Source of the DNA: an uncultured Bacteroidales bacterium
GTDB lineage: Bacteria > Bacteroidota > Bacteroidia > Bacteroidales > Paludibacteraceae
DNA: 64,000 nt
Reading direction: 5' to 3'
Assembly (NCBI GenBank): GCA_902762355.1
Contig: CACWNR010000009.1
Span: forward strand, 290-64,289
Position 1 is the stretch's first letter; each line of letters starts with the position of its first letter. This document shows, one piece after another, positions 38,946-50,189 of this stretch. Position numbers and translations under genes: made by a program. The notes beneath the pieces were generated by a model. It was given only the letters and a program-made list of their open reading frames with translations. It was not told the DNA's origin and ran no database searches.

Positions 38946-39069
38946 TTATCTCCTGCCGAGCCTCTTCTTCTGCAACATCTTTGCGCGTGAAAGTCCAGCC
39001 CATGGTTCGTACCATTTGCTCAAACCAACCTATTTGAGCAGTCGGAACTTGTAATGTCACTGTTGCCAT
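38836..39069 (-). CDS. putative antitoxin-like small protein
   Basis: 77 aa with a -7 box at 39096-39103. N-terminal MATVTLQVP..GW and C-terminal ..EMEQYFASL resemble small Bacteroidetes antitoxin partners. Assigned mainly by context. Confidence 0.4.
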   Translation of the reverse strand: MATVTLQVPTAQIGWFEQMVRTMGWTFTRKDVAEEEARQEITPALRRRINAARKESERGETIRCNSKAEMEQYFASL

Positions 39070-39095
39070 AATGGTATTATTTTTATTTTACGCTG

Positions 39096-39103
39096 CAAAA
39101 TTA
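39096..39103 (-). promoter_or_regulatory. -7 box TAATTTTG
   Basis: Minus-strand GTAATTTTGCAGCG about 27 nt upstream of the ATG at 39069. Confidence 0.5.
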
Positions 39104-39155
39104 CATAAAATATTTGATATATGCAAATAAATTTGCACAATTCAAAAAAAAGCAG

Positions 39156-39163
39156 TAAATTTG
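39156..39163 (+). promoter_or_regulatory. -7 box TAAATTTG (nadK promoter candidate)
   Basis: GCAGTAAATTTGCAGCC. A second TAAATTTG lies at 39128-39135. Confidence 0.45.
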
Positions 39164-39177
39164 CAGCCGCAAATGAG

Positions 39178-39190
39178 TAAATAACCCCTC
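39178..39190. repeat. right arm of the perfect 13-bp inverted repeat
   Basis: TAAATAACCCCTC is the reverse complement of 38745-38757. Confidence 0.85.
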
Positions 39191-39340
39191 TAGGCTTAGA
39201 GGAGCTCCCGCTTGATTCCATAACGATGACTTCGTGAGTCCGAGTTAAGAGCGAGGGCATGACGCGGAGCGTCCTTCCGCTTTCGGAAGGAGCGGCTTCC
39301 GCCTAGGATGGTTTCCTGGGTGAGTCATAGCCAGCAGCGA

Positions 39341-40234
39341 ATGACGATAGCTATTTTTGGAAATGCAATGAAATCGCGTACCTTGACAGAGGTACGACAC
39401 ATACTGGACTTTATGGCCGAGAAGGGCATCAATGTCCTGTTATCGCAAGAGTTACGGCAAGAATTAGACCTGCGTGAGTATCCGGGCTTCCCGGAGAACT
39501 GGGACGGTGAGACCCAGCCGGAGAACGTGTATGGCGAGCCGATAGACTTTGCGCTGTCTGTAGGCGGTGATGGTACCTTCCTTACCAGTGCAGCAGCCAT
39601 CGGAAACAAGAACATCCCTATTCTGGGTGTCAACTGCGGTCATTTGGGTTTCCTGGCAGAAGTGCAGACTGACGATTTGGATGAGATTCTCAAGCAGCTC
39701 ATCGAAGGACAATACACCATTGAGCGTCGTACATTGCTGAATGTGACGATATTGGACAAAGACGGTATTGCCCGTGAGGGGTTAATCATGTCTCCGAACG
39801 CGCTGAACGAGATCGCTATCCTCAAGCAAGGTCTGACAAACATGTTGACCATCGAGACGAAGATCAACGGCGAGTTATTGCACACCTATCATTCCGACGG
39901 ACTCGTCATCGCGACGCCTACCGGAAGTACAGCGTATAACCTCTCTATCGGTGGCCCGCTGCTCGTGCCGCAGAGCCGTGGCATCATCCTCACGCCTATC
40001 GCGCCGCACAGCCTGACTGTTCGTCCGATCGTTATTCTGGACGAATGGAAGATCGACATCAAGGTAAGTAGCCGTTATGACGCGTATATGGTGTCGGTCG
40101 ATGGTCGCAGTCAGAGTCTGAGTACCGACCTGAGCCTGCATATCGAGCGCGCGCCGTACACCACGAAGGTCGTGCAGATAGGCGATAACGGATTCTTGAA
40201 ATCTCTTCGGAATAAACTCAATTGGGGAAAATGA
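39341..40234 (+). CDS. nadK: NAD+ kinase
   Basis: GGDGTFL, NCGHLGFL, DGLVIATPTGSTAYNLS motifs. The ATG at 39341 (MTIAIFG) is preferred. Confidence 0.9.
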   Translation: MTIAIFGNAMKSRTLTEVRHILDFMAEKGINVLLSQELRQELDLREYPGFPENWDGETQPENVYGEPIDFALSVGGDGTFLTSAAAIGNKNIPILGVNCGHLGFLAEVQTDDLDEILKQLIEGQYTIERRTLLNVTILDKDGIAREGLIMSPNALNEIAILKQGLTNMLTIETKINGELLHTYHSDGLVIATPTGSTAYNLSIGGPLLVPQSRGIILTPIAPHSLTVRPIVILDEWKIDIKVSSRYDAYMVSVDGRSQSLSTDLSLHIERAPYTTKVVQIGDNGFLKSLRNKLNWGK

Positions 40235-41163
40235 TGCTGGATTTTATTACTTGGGACGTTGACCCGATATTGATTCATTTCGGGGACGGAGGTATTCGTT
40301 GGTACGGTCTGTTATGGGCGATCGGTCTGTATATATGCTGGATCGTGAACGAACGGATGTACAAGCACGAGAACTGCCCGGCAGAATGGGCGGATTACAT
40401 GTTCTTTTACATGGCGGCAGGCGTGATCATCGGCGCACGAATAGGACATTGTTGGTTCTATGAATGGCATCAATACGGTCAACCCTGGCACCTGTTCGGA
40501 TGGGAGTTCACCTACCGCAATCCGTATATCGAGAACCCGTTGCGTTTGCTTAAGATCTGGGAAGGCGGACTAAGCAGTCACGGCGGTGCGATTGGTCTGA
40601 TCATCGCCGCTTTTCTGCTTAACAAGAACAAGATGGCGCGCTATCCGCAGTTTGGTACGTCCTGGCTCTGGATCCTCGATCGCCTGTGTATTGGCGTCTG
40701 CTTCACGGCGATGCTCATTCGTCTGGGTAACCTCTTCAACAGCGAGATTTACGGCGGTCCGACCGATCTGCCGTGGGGCTTCATCTTCGTGCGCGACGGA
40801 CAAACGGTGCCGTGTCACCCCACGCAGATTTACGAGATGCTGTACTGCTTCGCCGCGCTGTGCGTGGTGTGGCCGCTGTATTGGTATACGGAAGCCCGCC
40901 GACGCGAAGGACTGCTGCTCGGAATCTTCTTCGAGATTATCTTCGTTACCCGCTTCCTGCTGGAGTTTATCAAGAACGATCAGGAAGCATTCGAAGCCGG
41001 ACATATACTGAACATGGGACAGTTGTTAAGCTTACCGTTCATCCTCCTCGGCATATTCCTTATTATACGCGCGTACAAGAGACCACTCTCGCCTGTAGTG
41101 GACAAACAACCCGAGAGCCTTGAGCCGAAATACAGAAATCAAAATGACAAAAAAAGATCTTAG
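40231..41163 (+). CDS. lgt: prolipoprotein diacylglyceryl transferase
   Basis: IRWYGLLWAIGL.., multi-TM, LWGFIF-like core. ATGA overlap with the nadK stop. Confidence 0.88.
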   Translation: MMLDFITWDVDPILIHFGDGGIRWYGLLWAIGLYICWIVNERMYKHENCPAEWADYMFFYMAAGVIIGARIGHCWFYEWHQYGQPWHLFGWEFTYRNPYIENPLRLLKIWEGGLSSHGGAIGLIIAAFLLNKNKMARYPQFGTSWLWILDRLCIGVCFTAMLIRLGNLFNSEIYGGPTDLPWGFIFVRDGQTVPCHPTQIYEMLYCFAALCVVWPLYWYTEARRREGLLLGIFFEIIFVTRFLLEFIKNDQEAFEAGHILNMGQLLSLPFILLGIFLIIRAYKRPLSPVVDKQPESLEPKYRNQNDKKRS

Positions 41164-42055
41164 AATAGTTTATTTAGGTACGCCGGAATTTGCGGTAGCG
41201 AGCCTGAAGGCGCTGGTAGAAGGCGGTTATAACATCGTGGCGGTTGTTACGATGCCGGACAAACCTGCCGGTCGTGGACACCAACTGCAGTTCTCTGACG
41301 TCAAGAAATATGCCCTCGAAGTGGGACTGCCCGTTCTCCAACCGGAGAAACTCAAAGACGAAGCCTTCGTGGAAGAGTTACGTTCGTACAAGGCGGACTT
41401 ACAGATTGTGGTGGCTTTCCGCATGTTACCGGAGATCGTATGGGCGATGCCGCGTCTGGGTACATTTAACATACACGGTTCGTTACTCCCCCATTATCGC
41501 GGTGCAGCGCCGATTAACTGGGCAGTGATAAACGGAGAGAAAGAAACAGGGCTGACTACCTTCATGCTTAAGCATGAGATCGACACGGGCAACATGATTC
41601 TGCAAGAGCGGATACCTATCGGTGAGGATGAAAATGTCGGTTCGGTTCATGACCGCCTGATGGAATTGAGCAAAAGTATGGTACTGCGCACCGTAGATCT
41701 GATCATCGATTGTGAGAACAAGGGTATCGAAGTACCGACCACTCCTCAACCGGAGATTGCCGAGTTACGCCCTGCGCCGAAGATCTTCAAAGAAGACTGC
41801 GAGATTAAGTTCAACGAGAAAACGGCGCAAGAGGTACATAATTTCGTGCGTGGTTTGAGTCCCTACCCCGCTGCGTGGGCGAACCTTACCATCAACGGGC
41901 AGGAGTTTGAGAACGTCAAGATCTATTCGGTCGAGGTATCCGATAAGGGAGCGCTCGTAGTGCCATGCAAAGAAGGCGCAGTGAGCATTCTGGAACTGCA
42001 AGTGCCCGGCAAGAAACGAATGGACATCAAGTCTTTCCTCAATGGATTACATTAA
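41144..42055 (+). CDS. fmt: methionyl-tRNA formyltransferase
   Basis: RIVYLGTPEFAV.., HGSLLPHYRGAAPINWA. Confidence 0.93.
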   Translation: MTKKDLRIVYLGTPEFAVASLKALVEGGYNIVAVVTMPDKPAGRGHQLQFSDVKKYALEVGLPVLQPEKLKDEAFVEELRSYKADLQIVVAFRMLPEIVWAMPRLGTFNIHGSLLPHYRGAAPINWAVINGEKETGLTTFMLKHEIDTGNMILQERIPIGEDENVGSVHDRLMELSKSMVLRTVDLIIDCENKGIEVPTTPQPEIAELRPAPKIFKEDCEIKFNEKTAQEVHNFVRGLSPYPAAWANLTINGQEFENVKIYSVEVSDKGALVVPCKEGAVSILELQVPGKKRMDIKSFLNGLH

Positions 42056-42590
42056 ACTCATCGACAAGTACTACGGCAATTATCCGGAGTTACGCAACGT
42101 CTTGGTGACACATAGCCGCCAAGTAGCGGATCGTGCGCTGAAGATCGTCGATGCCCATCCCGAGTGGACGGAAAAAGGACTGGTAGATCGGCAATTTGTC
42201 GAGGAAGCGGCGATGTTACACGATATCGGAATCATCTTCTGCGATGCCCCGAAAATTTTCTGCAACGGTCCGCATAAGTATATCGAGCACGGCTATTTAG
42301 GCGCCGAGCTATTGCGCAAAGAGGGTCTGCCCAAGCATGCCTTGGTAGCAGAGCGTCACACAGGTGCGGGGATCACCATTGAGCAGGTAGAACGCGAAGA
42401 ACTGCCTATTCCCGAGCGGGATTACTGCCCGCAGAGCCTCGAAGAGAAGATCATCTGTTACGCCGATAAGTTCTATTCAAAAAGCCACCTCGGCGAAGAA
42501 GTGGCTTTAGACAAAATCAAGTATAACATATGGAAATACGGTCACGAAGGTTTTATGCGCTGGCAAGCGCTGGAGAAACTCTGTTCGTAA
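42042..42590 (+). CDS. HD-domain phosphohydrolase
   Basis: H..HD motif (MLHDIG), 182 aa. Confidence 0.75.
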   Translation: MDYIKLIDKYYGNYPELRNVLVTHSRQVADRALKIVDAHPEWTEKGLVDRQFVEEAAMLHDIGIIFCDAPKIFCNGPHKYIEHGYLGAELLRKEGLPKHALVAERHTGAGITIEQVEREELPIPERDYCPQSLEEKIICYADKFYSKSHLGEEVALDKIKYNIWKYGHEGFMRWQALEKLCS

Positions 42591-42602
42591 CACTTCCCTT
42601 TC

Positions 42603-43250
42603 TTAGAAATGCACACCTAAACCGGCTTTGATAAACGATTCGTACCCCACGTTCGTTTCCACGTATCCGTACACCTGCCAAATACCGAAGGCTACACCTA
42701 TCGGTGTGATATTTACAGCCGGCAACCATGTACCCTGTGGCTGTTGTTTGTCCCCCGTATAATCCGGTTCATAACGTGTATTGGCAAAATGCGCTCCTAC
42801 ACCTACGTCTGCACCTGAATAGAGTTGTACATGCGGACGATTCAGATAAGTGAATTGCACACTGGCTACAAGCGAGACGGTGTTGTTACGCGTGACACCT
42901 TTCTTCTTAGCATCTTCTGCCTTACTCTCATAGATATCATACGCATCAATCTCCCAGTTTAACTTACCACCTACACGGCAATACCAGTTAACCTGATAAT
43001 AATACTGCAGACCATAGTTACCGAAATAATCCCAATTACGAGAATGCCCTGCAGCGGCAGGAATCCATGCAAAGAGTTGCTTACAACACCAGAATCCGCT
43101 GACCCAACCGGCACTAATCTGCAGCGTGTTGCGCTGATTCCGCCAATGCTCTGTCTTTACTTCCTGTGTCCCTTCTGCGACGACTTCTTGAGCCATTACA
43201 GAAGCGCAACCAAGCATTGCTACCATCAAAAAAATAACTATTCTTTTCAT
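42603..43250 (-). CDS. small outer membrane beta-barrel protein
   Basis: Signal peptide, aromatic-rich strands, terminal ..GLGVHF. Confidence 0.6.
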   Translation of the reverse strand: MKRIVIFLMVAMLGCASVMAQEVVAEGTQEVKTEHWRNQRNTLQISAGWVSGFWCCKQLFAWIPAAAGHSRNWDYFGNYGLQYYYQVNWYCRVGGKLNWEIDAYDIYESKAEDAKKKGVTRNNTVSLVASVQFTYLNRPHVQLYSGADVGVGAHFANTRYEPDYTGDKQQPQGTWLPAVNITPIGVAFGIWQVYGYVETNVGYESFIKAGLGVHF

Positions 43251-43259
43251 AACTTATTA

Positions 43260-44468
43260 TTAGTAGAACTTATGGGCGAAGCCGATAGAGAGTAACTCGC
43301 GGAACTGAATCTTCGCCTTCGTATCCCCCTCCAAAATAACGGAAGTATCGTATCTCGGGTGCAGCGTCAGGCGCGCCGAGAGCCATCGATTGATGATAAA
43401 ATCGCAGTTAACCTCGAGGTCTAATTCGACGTCGTGGTAATTGGTGTATAGATAGAACTTCGTCTCCAACGCCACCTCACGCACAGGTTTCCACAGATAC
43501 TCCACGCGCACGGACGAACCGATATTATGCTGGGTCCGCTGTCCTTCTTTCAAACCGAAATCGGTCGCTTTCACGCGCGCCGTGTCGGCTATATGAATAA
43601 CCTTGTAGGAGATCGGTGACACCGAGATAGAGAGGCCTTTGACGGGCTTGTAGTCAATACCGAAAGCCGCATTGAAACGGAAGGGCGAGAAGGGCGCAGA
43701 CTTCAGCTCCATCGAATTGGACTTATAGGTCGGGAACAATCGCGTGTCGATCTCCGCAGAGAGGGATGTAAACCATTTCGGCACGATTCGTAAGTTCGCT
43801 TTGGAGTAAATCTTAAACTGATCGTCCGTGGTATTCATCTTGTGCAAACTGTCCGCTGAGACCGTTGAACCGCCTATACGCCATTCGCCGAAATTCTCCC
43901 ATGTAAACCGCTCGCTGATGTAACTGATCTGACCTTTGGCGATGCCTAACGCAGCAAAAGAAGATGATCCGCCCTGATACCAGTTGTCGGTGACGTAGTT
44001 CTGCGTTATCTGCGCCATGAGCGTGGCTTCTCTACGCCAAGGCGAACGCATTTCGCGGATTGCACGGAGCACGTCATTGCGGTCTTCCACCTCATCCTTG
44101 ACCCATGATTTCTCAATAACGATCGTGGGTATGCGACTCATCGATTGCACTTCCAATGAGGCGTTCAAGGTACGCAACGAGTCCACTTCCCGCATTTCCC
44201 GTTCAATCGAATCGAGTCGCTGTAATTCCGCTAAAGTCAGCGTATCCACGGTATCGTTGGCATGGAGCATCTCCGCTTGCTGATTCACCAGATCCAACAG
44301 GTACGCGTCCATCGAAGCGGTGTTCTGCTGCTCCGCCAACTTGAACGTGTCCGTATAGACTTGTTGCGCTGCCAGATTAGTGACAGCGCAAACAATAAAT
44401 AATATGAGAATTTTTGATTTCAGATTTTTGATTTTTGATTTAAACGCCGGCTGCGCCGAGTTTGCCAT
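43260..44468 (-). CDS. DUF3078-like outer membrane protein
   Basis: NWYQGGSSS motif, terminal ..GFAHKFY. Start set at ATG 44468 ([24 protein letters not shown]..), which overlaps the secA 3' end by 29 nt. Confidence 0.6.
   Translation of the reverse strand: MANSAQPAFKSKIKNLKSKILILFIVCAVTNLAAQQVYTDTFKLAEQQNTASMDAYLLDLVNQQAEMLHANDTVDTLTLAELQRLDSIEREMREVDSLRTLNASLEVQSMSRIPTIVIEKSWVKDEVEDRNDVLRAIREMRSPWRREATLMAQITQNYVTDNWYQGGSSSFAALGIAKGQISYISERFTWENFGEWRIGGSTVSADSLHKMNTTDDQFKIYSKANLRIVPKWFTSLSAEIDTRLFPTYKSNSMELKSAPFSPFRFNAAFGIDYKPVKGLSISVSPISYKVIHIADTARVKATDFGLKEGQRTQHNIGSSVRVEYLWKPVREVALETKFYLYTNYHDVELDLEVNCDFIINRWLSARLTLHPRYDTSVILEGDTKAKIQFRELLSIGFAHKFY
44412..44439. repeat. tandem array, 7-mer TTTTGAT x4
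   Basis: ttttgat ttcagat ttttgat ttttgat abutting the secA stop. Encodes [11 protein letters not shown] on the minus strand. Confidence 0.85.
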
Positions 44469-47400
44469 GACATTGTTTGTACTTCTTACCGCTTCCACAC
44501 GGACACGGATCATTCGGGCGCGGTTTCTTGTCCGCGATGATCGGTCCCTGATGAACCTGTTCGCGGGTGTCGCGACCGGCGGCAGCTGCTGCACCCGAAG
44601 CCTGTGCCGCTTGTTGTACGGCATCTTTCTGCGAACGATAACGGCTGTAGTCCGTTCGACGCTGCTGCTGTGCCTGCTGCACATGATCGGGTTCCTGTTG
44701 GTGGATCTGACCACGGAGCAGAATAGCGATCGCACGGCGGTTGAGGGCATCGAGCATCTCTTTGAAGATGTGGAAGGACTCCAACTTGTATATCAACAGC
44801 GGGTCTTTCTGCTCGTACGATGCGTTCTGTACGCTCTGCTTGAGGTCGTCCAACTGACGAAGATGCTCTTTCCATTCGTCGTCGATCACAAAGAGCAACA
44901 TTCGTTTCTCGAACTCCTTCACTACCTCTTTGCAATGCGTCTCAGCAGCCGCTTTGAGGTTCACGGCGATGTTATACACTTTCTTGCCGTCCGTAATCGG
45001 AATCAAGATGTTCTCGTACATCTGCCCCTTGGTCTCATAGATCTGTTGGATCACCGGATCAGCCACGGTCATCAACTTATCCATGCGGCGCTTGAAACTC
45101 TCCAGCGCAGCCTCAGCCAGTTGTTCGCTCAGCAAATCCCGCTTGCCGTGGCTGAAGGTATCCTCATCGAACGGCACTTCAATCGCGAAGGTCTGCATCA
45201 CGTCGAACTTAAGACCTTCGTAGTCGTTTGCTGCACGAGCATCAGCAAAGATGTTCTCTGCCGTCTCGTAGATCATGTTCGTGATATCCACGCCGATACG
45301 CTCTCCCATCAGGGCGTGACGACGCTTCGCGTAAATCAAGTTACGCTGCTGATTCATCACGTCATCGTACTCAATCAAACGCTTACGGATACCGAAGTTA
45401 TTCTCTTCGACCTTCTTCTGCGCGCGCTCGATGGAACTCGAGATCATGTTATGCTCGATCATCTCGCCTTCCTGGAAGCCCATTCGGTCCATTACAGACG
45501 CGATACGCTCGGAGCCGAACATTCGCATCAGGTCATCCTCAAGCGAGACATAGAAAACAGAACTACCCGGGTCTCCTTGACGACCGGCACGACCACGTAA
45601 CTGACGATCCACACGACGGCTCTCGTGACGCTCCGTACCGATGATAGCCAGACCACCGGCCTCTTTGACCTCGGGTGTCAACTTGATATCCGTACCACGA
45701 CCGGCCATGTTGGTGGCGATCGTTACTACACCCGGACGACCGGCCTCAGCTACGATCTGCGCCTCTTGCTGGTGTAACTTCGCGTTGAGGACGTTATGTT
45801 TGATCTTACGGAGCGTCAACATGCGGCTCAAGAGCTCGGAGATCTCGACACTCGTCGTACCTACCAACGCAGGACGACCTTGGTTAACCATCTCCACGAT
45901 CTCGTCAATGACAGCATTGTATTTCTCGCGTTTGGTGCGGTAGATACGGTCGTTCATATCGATACGCGCGATCGGTTTGTTAGTCGGGATAACGACTACA
46001 TCGAGCTTGTAGATATTCCAGAACTCACCTGCCTCTGTCTCCGCTGTACCGGTCATACCGGAGAGCTTGTTGTACATGCGGAAGTAGTTCTGCAGCGTGA
46101 TGGTAGCAAAAGTCTGGGTAGCACCCTCCACCTTCACGTTCTCCTTTGCCTCCACGGCCTGATGCAAACCGTCAGACCAGCGACGACCTTCCATAATACG
46201 GCCGGTCTGCTCATCGACAATCTTCACCTCGCCGCCATCGATGATATAATCGACATCTTTCTCAAAGAGCGTATAGGCCTTGAGCAACTGATGCACGGTG
46301 TGAACGCGCTCCGACTTGATCGAATAGTTAGTGAGGATATCGTCTTTCTTCTGCTGTTTCTCGTCGGGCGTCAGACCGGTCTCGTGCTCGAGTTCCGCCA
46401 TCTCACTTCCCACATCAGGCAACACGAAGAAATTCGGATCGTCGGTTGTACCGGTCAGGGCATCAATACCCTTGTCGGTCAACTCGATGGACTTGTTCTT
46501 CTCATCGATGACGAAATAGAGCTCATCCGTCGCGATATGCATGTTTTTCTCGTTCTCCTGCAGATAGAACTCCTCTGTCTTCTGCAACCGCACTTTGATA
46601 CCCGGCTCGGAGAGGTACTTAATCAAGGCTTTGCTCTTCGGCATTCCCTTGAACGTACGGAACAGCGCCAACTCACCGGCTTCGCGCACTTTCTCGTCCT
46701 CCGATCCCATCTTCGCTTTCGCTTCCGCGAGCAGGCTGGTGGTCAAGGTCGTCTGCTGACGAACGAGGTTCGCCACACGGTCTTTGTACTCATCGAACAT
46801 CTGATCCTCGCCGCGCGGCACAGGTCCACTGATGATGAGCGGCGTACGGGCATCATCGATCAAGACAGAGTCCACCTCATCGACGATAGCGAAGTTATGT
46901 CCGCGTTGTACGAGATCGAGCGGCGAGATGGCCATATTATCACGCAGGTAGTCAAAACCGAACTCGTTATTCGTACCAAACGTGATATCGCAAGCATAAG
47001 CCTTACGACGCTCATCGCTATTGGGTTTATGCTTATCGATACAATCGACGGTCAAGCCGAGGAACATATAGATCGGACCATTCCATTCCGAGTCACGTTT
47101 CGCCAAATAGTCATTGACGGTCACTACGTGCACACCTTCGTGGGTCAGGGCGTTCAGATAAACAGGCAAGGTAGCCACGAGGGTCTTACCTTCACCGGTT
47201 GCCATCTCGGCAATCGATCCGCGCTGCTCTTTGTCGTTCTTAACCGCACCGTGGAGAACCACACCACCGAACAACTGCACGTCATAGTGGATCATGTCCC
47301 ACTTGATCTCGTTACCGCCGGCCATCCAGTGGTTGACGTAGATCGCTTTGTCGCCTTCGATGGTCACGAAATCAAAACGCGGATCGGCTGCGAGGTTTTT

Positions 47401-47805
47401 ATCCATCTCGGTTGCCGTCACTTCAATCGTATCGTTCTCGGCAAAACGACGGGCTGTCGATTTGACAATCGCAAAAGCCTCCGGAAGCATCTCGGTCAAC
47501 TTAACCTCGTATATCTCGCGGATCTCTTTCTCCAGCTTATCGACTTCGTTGTAGATCTTCTCACGCTTCTCAATAGGCGTACCTTCGATGGAAGCCTTCA
47601 ACTCCGCAATACGGTTCTTCTTCTCTTTCACCGCCTCTTGGAGCGCGTCCATCAAGGCCTGCGAGTGTGCACGAAGTTCATCGTGCGAGAGCGCGTCAAT
47701 ACGCTCGTATTCCGCTTTAATCTTGTCCACGTACGGCTGAATAGCGCGCATATCTTTCTGCGCCTTGTTGCCGAATAGTTTCGTAATAACTTCTAAAAAA
47801 TTCAT
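44440..47805 (-). CDS. secA: preprotein translocase ATPase SecA
   Basis: 1121 aa, [13 protein letters not shown] Walker A, C-terminal zinc motif [14 protein letters not shown]. Confidence 0.99.
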   Translation of the reverse strand: MNFLEVITKLFGNKAQKDMRAIQPYVDKIKAEYERIDALSHDELRAHSQALMDALQEAVKEKKNRIAELKASIEGTPIEKREKIYNEVDKLEKEIREIYEVKLTEMLPEAFAIVKSTARRFAENDTIEVTATEMDKNLAADPRFDFVTIEGDKAIYVNHWMAGGNEIKWDMIHYDVQLFGGVVLHGAVKNDKEQRGSIAEMATGEGKTLVATLPVYLNALTHEGVHVVTVNDYLAKRDSEWNGPIYMFLGLTVDCIDKHKPNSDERRKAYACDITFGTNNEFGFDYLRDNMAISPLDLVQRGHNFAIVDEVDSVLIDDARTPLIISGPVPRGEDQMFDEYKDRVANLVRQQTTLTTSLLAEAKAKMGSEDEKVREAGELALFRTFKGMPKSKALIKYLSEPGIKVRLQKTEEFYLQENEKNMHIATDELYFVIDEKNKSIELTDKGIDALTGTTDDPNFFVLPDVGSEMAELEHETGLTPDEKQQKKDDILTNYSIKSERVHTVHQLLKAYTLFEKDVDYIIDGGEVKIVDEQTGRIMEGRRWSDGLHQAVEAKENVKVEGATQTFATITLQNYFRMYNKLSGMTGTAETEAGEFWNIYKLDVVVIPTNKPIARIDMNDRIYRTKREKYNAVIDEIVEMVNQGRPALVGTTSVEISELLSRMLTLRKIKHNVLNAKLHQQEAQIVAEAGRPGVVTIATNMAGRGTDIKLTPEVKEAGGLAIIGTERHESRRVDRQLRGRAGRQGDPGSSVFYVSLEDDLMRMFGSERIASVMDRMGFQEGEMIEHNMISSSIERAQKKVEENNFGIRKRLIEYDDVMNQQRNLIYAKRRHALMGERIGVDITNMIYETAENIFADARAANDYEGLKFDVMQTFAIEVPFDEDTFSHGKRDLLSEQLAEAALESFKRRMDKLMTVADPVIQQIYETKGQMYENILIPITDGKKVYNIAVNLKAAAETHCKEVVKEFEKRMLLFVIDDEWKEHLRQLDDLKQSVQNASYEQKDPLLIYKLESFHIFKEMLDALNRRAIAILLRGQIHQQEPDHVQQAQQQRRTDYSRYRSQKDAVQQAAQASGAAAAAGRDTREQVHQGPIIADKKPRPNDPCPCGSGKKYKQCHGKLGAAGV

Positions 47806-47837
47806 ATCTTGTTTCAGTATTTACACAAAATGCGCTG

Positions 47838-47845
47838 CAAAAGTA
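47838..47845 (-). promoter_or_regulatory. -7 box TACTTTTG for secA
   Basis: Minus-strand GTACTTTTGCAGCG about 33 nt upstream of the secA ATG. Confidence 0.5.
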
Positions 47846-47950
47846 CAAAAAAAAATCCATATATACAAGAACAAAATGCGTACCACGCGTTTTTTTCTGC
47901 CAAAATGACAGATTCTTGCGCGCGCACTTGCGTATATGAAAACTTTTTTG

Positions 47951-47958
47951 TAATTTTG
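47951..47958 (+). promoter_or_regulatory. -7 box TAATTTTG
   Basis: About 32 nt upstream of the ATG at 47990. Confidence 0.5.
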
Positions 47959-47989
47959 TGGCCGAATTAGTTTGCATAAATATGGACTT

Positions 47990-48910
47990 ATGAAAAATAT
48001 AGCATTTATCATCAATCCCGTATCGGGGAGTAAGGAGACGCAAAACGCGAAGCGTAAGTTGCCGAAACTGATCATGCAGACGCTGGATGCGGAGCAGTGG
48101 TTGCCGAACATCGTGTTCACGGAGCGTCCGGGTCATGCTACAGAGATGGCGTACCAGTTTGCCCGCATGGGCTTTGACGCCGTGGTGGCTGTCGGCGGTG
48201 ACGGCACGGTGAATGAAGTAGCACGTGGCCTGGTGAAAGGGAATGGCCGCATGGCGAATGGCGAACGGGCTACTGCACTCGGCATCATCCCGATGGGTAG
48301 CGGAAACGGTTTTGCCCGTCACCTCAATATCCCCATCAAGCCGCAGAAGGCGCTGGAGATGATCAACCACAGCGAGCCTATCTCCGTGGACTACGGTTTG
48401 GCAAACGGCAAGCTGTTCGTCAGCACCTGTGGCACGGGTTTTGATGCCGTGATAGCAGATCATTTTGCGGGCAGTAACAAACGCGGGTTTGCGACCTATT
48501 TCCAGAATATCATCAAGGACGTGTTCTCGTATCACCCGCAGACCTATCATATCGTCGGCGACGGTTTGGACGTGACACACAAAGCCTTCCTGATCACGTT
48601 CGCCAATGCCAACCAATGGGGCTACGAAGCGATGATTGCGCCGAAAGCAAGTCTGCAGGATGGCAAGATGGATATTATGATGATGTCGAGCAACGCGCTG
48701 TTGGGTAGTGCGAGTCTGGCGTTACGTCTGTTCACGGGCAGCATCGATGACAGCCATTTCATGGACACAATCCGCGCGAAAGAAGTGACGCTCGAGCGCG
48801 AGGAGGCAGCGCCGTTCCATATTGACGGCGATCCCGTGGAGATGGAGAAAGATATACACATCAAAATCGTTGCCGACGGAATGCGCGTGCTTGTAGAAAA
48901 AAGATTCTAA
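47990..48910 (+). CDS. diacylglycerol-kinase-family lipid kinase (YegS-like)
   Basis: [21 protein letters not shown] motifs. Confidence 0.85.
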   Translation: MKNIAFIINPVSGSKETQNAKRKLPKLIMQTLDAEQWLPNIVFTERPGHATEMAYQFARMGFDAVVAVGGDGTVNEVARGLVKGNGRMANGERATALGIIPMGSGNGFARHLNIPIKPQKALEMINHSEPISVDYGLANGKLFVSTCGTGFDAVIADHFAGSNKRGFATYFQNIIKDVFSYHPQTYHIVGDGLDVTHKAFLITFANANQWGYEAMIAPKASLQDGKMDIMMMSSNALLGSASLALRLFTGSIDDSHFMDTIRAKEVTLEREEAAPFHIDGDPVEMEKDIHIKIVADGMRVLVEKRF

Positions 48911-48912
48911 AA

Positions 48913-49347
48913 ATGACATTAAAAATCATCAATAAGAGTACGAATCCGCTGCCGAAATATGAGAGTGAACAGGCGGCGGGAATGGATATACGGTGTAACA
49001 TCGCGGAGCCGATTATCTTGGCACCCATGGAGCGGAAATTGATTCCGACAGGTTTGTTCATTGAGTTGCCGGCGGGCTATGAGGCACAGATTCGTCCGCG
49101 TAGCGGTTTGGCACTCAAACGTGGTCTGACAGTATTGAACACCCCGGGTACGATTGACGCGGACTACCGTGGAGAGGTAGGCGTGATACTGATCAACCTC
49201 AGTGGTGAACCGCAAACGATTGAACCGGGTGAGCGTATATGCCAGATGGTCATCGCCAAACATGAGACACCGGAGGTAGTGGAAGTAGAAGCGTTGAGCG
49301 ACACGGAGCGTGGCGCAGGAGGATTCGGACATTCCGGTCGTAAATGA
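48913..49347 (+). CDS. dut: dUTP diphosphatase
   Basis: [27 protein letters not shown] motifs. Confidence 0.95.
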   Translation: MTLKIINKSTNPLPKYESEQAAGMDIRCNIAEPIILAPMERKLIPTGLFIELPAGYEAQIRPRSGLALKRGLTVLNTPGTIDADYRGEVGVILINLSGEPQTIEPGERICQMVIAKHETPEVVEVEALSDTERGAGGFGHSGRK

Positions 49348-50189
49348 GAAGAGCATTCTATATAGTATTATTGCTACTGTTTCTCGTTCCGCTACATGCG
49401 GAGCAAGATGAGCAGTTCATGTACTATTGGTACGCGGCGAAAGAGGCGATACAGAACGAGCAGTATCCGGAGGCGTACGTGTTGCTCCAGTTCTGCGATG
49501 AGTTGAAACCGAACGACGTACAGACGCTCTATTACTTAGGAGTCATGCACGAGGCGCTTAAGCACGAGCAGGAAGCCAAAGTATATTACGAGCGGGCGTA
49601 TAAATTAGTGGGAAAGGGAAAGATGCCGGAAGACCTGCCGGAACGGTTAAAGATAATTTACATCCACGAGGAGCAGTGGGACAAAGCCATTCAAATGCAG
49701 GACGCCATCGATAAGATCAACGGCTACGACGGCTACAGCGCGATCACCCGATACCGGATCTACGCACTGGCCAACCAACCGAAGAAAGCCATCAAGGCCG
49801 TAGACGATTACCTCAAGACCGACCCCGACAATATCCGGTTTCTGATGTTCCGAATCGACCTGACAGAACAGACGAACGGCAAGAAAAAAACGCTTTATGC
49901 GTTGTATGAGCGGGTATTGGAACTCGATCCATACAACACGATGGTACTCAATAACTACGCCTATCATCTGGCGACCCACGGCGGGGACTTGACCAAAGCC
50001 GAACAGATGAGTGCGATCACGATTCGCGAAGAACCGAACAACCCGACGTTCTTGGATACCTACGGTTGGATCATGCACCTCAAAGGACAAGACGAGTTGG
50101 CGAAGTTCTACCTGAGCAAAGCACTGTGGAACGTGACCAGCGAGGCAAATAGAGAAGTAATAAAGAAACATCTTGAAGCGATTAAATAA
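49344..50189 (+). CDS. TPR-repeat protein
   Basis: Signal peptide, repeated A..Y..AL TPR-like helices. Confidence 0.65.
   Translation: MRRAFYIVLLLLFLVPLHAEQDEQFMYYWYAAKEAIQNEQYPEAYVLLQFCDELKPNDVQTLYYLGVMHEALKHEQEAKVYYERAYKLVGKGKMPEDLPERLKIIYIHEEQWDKAIQMQDAIDKINGYDGYSAITRYRIYALANQPKKAIKAVDDYLKTDPDNIRFLMFRIDLTEQTNGKKKTLYALYERVLELDPYNTMVLNNYAYHLATHGGDLTKAEQMSAITIREEPNNPTFLDTYGWIMHLKGQDELAKFYLSKALWNVTSEANREVIKKHLEAIK

Noticed and set aside
39057-39260. 67-aa minus-strand ORF
   Set aside because: It spans the divergent promoter region and one arm of the inverted repeat, starts inside GC-rich hairpins, and lacks a -7 box.
43260-44750. Full 496-aa version of the DUF3078-like ORF
   Set aside because: Its first 94 codons run antisense through the secA 3' end and encode an Arg/Ser-rich string. 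The signal peptide begins after the ATG at 44468, so I trimmed the start.
44380-47778. 406-aa and 660-aa plus-strand ORFs opposite secA
   Set aside because: Antisense to secA, with no motifs and biased composition.
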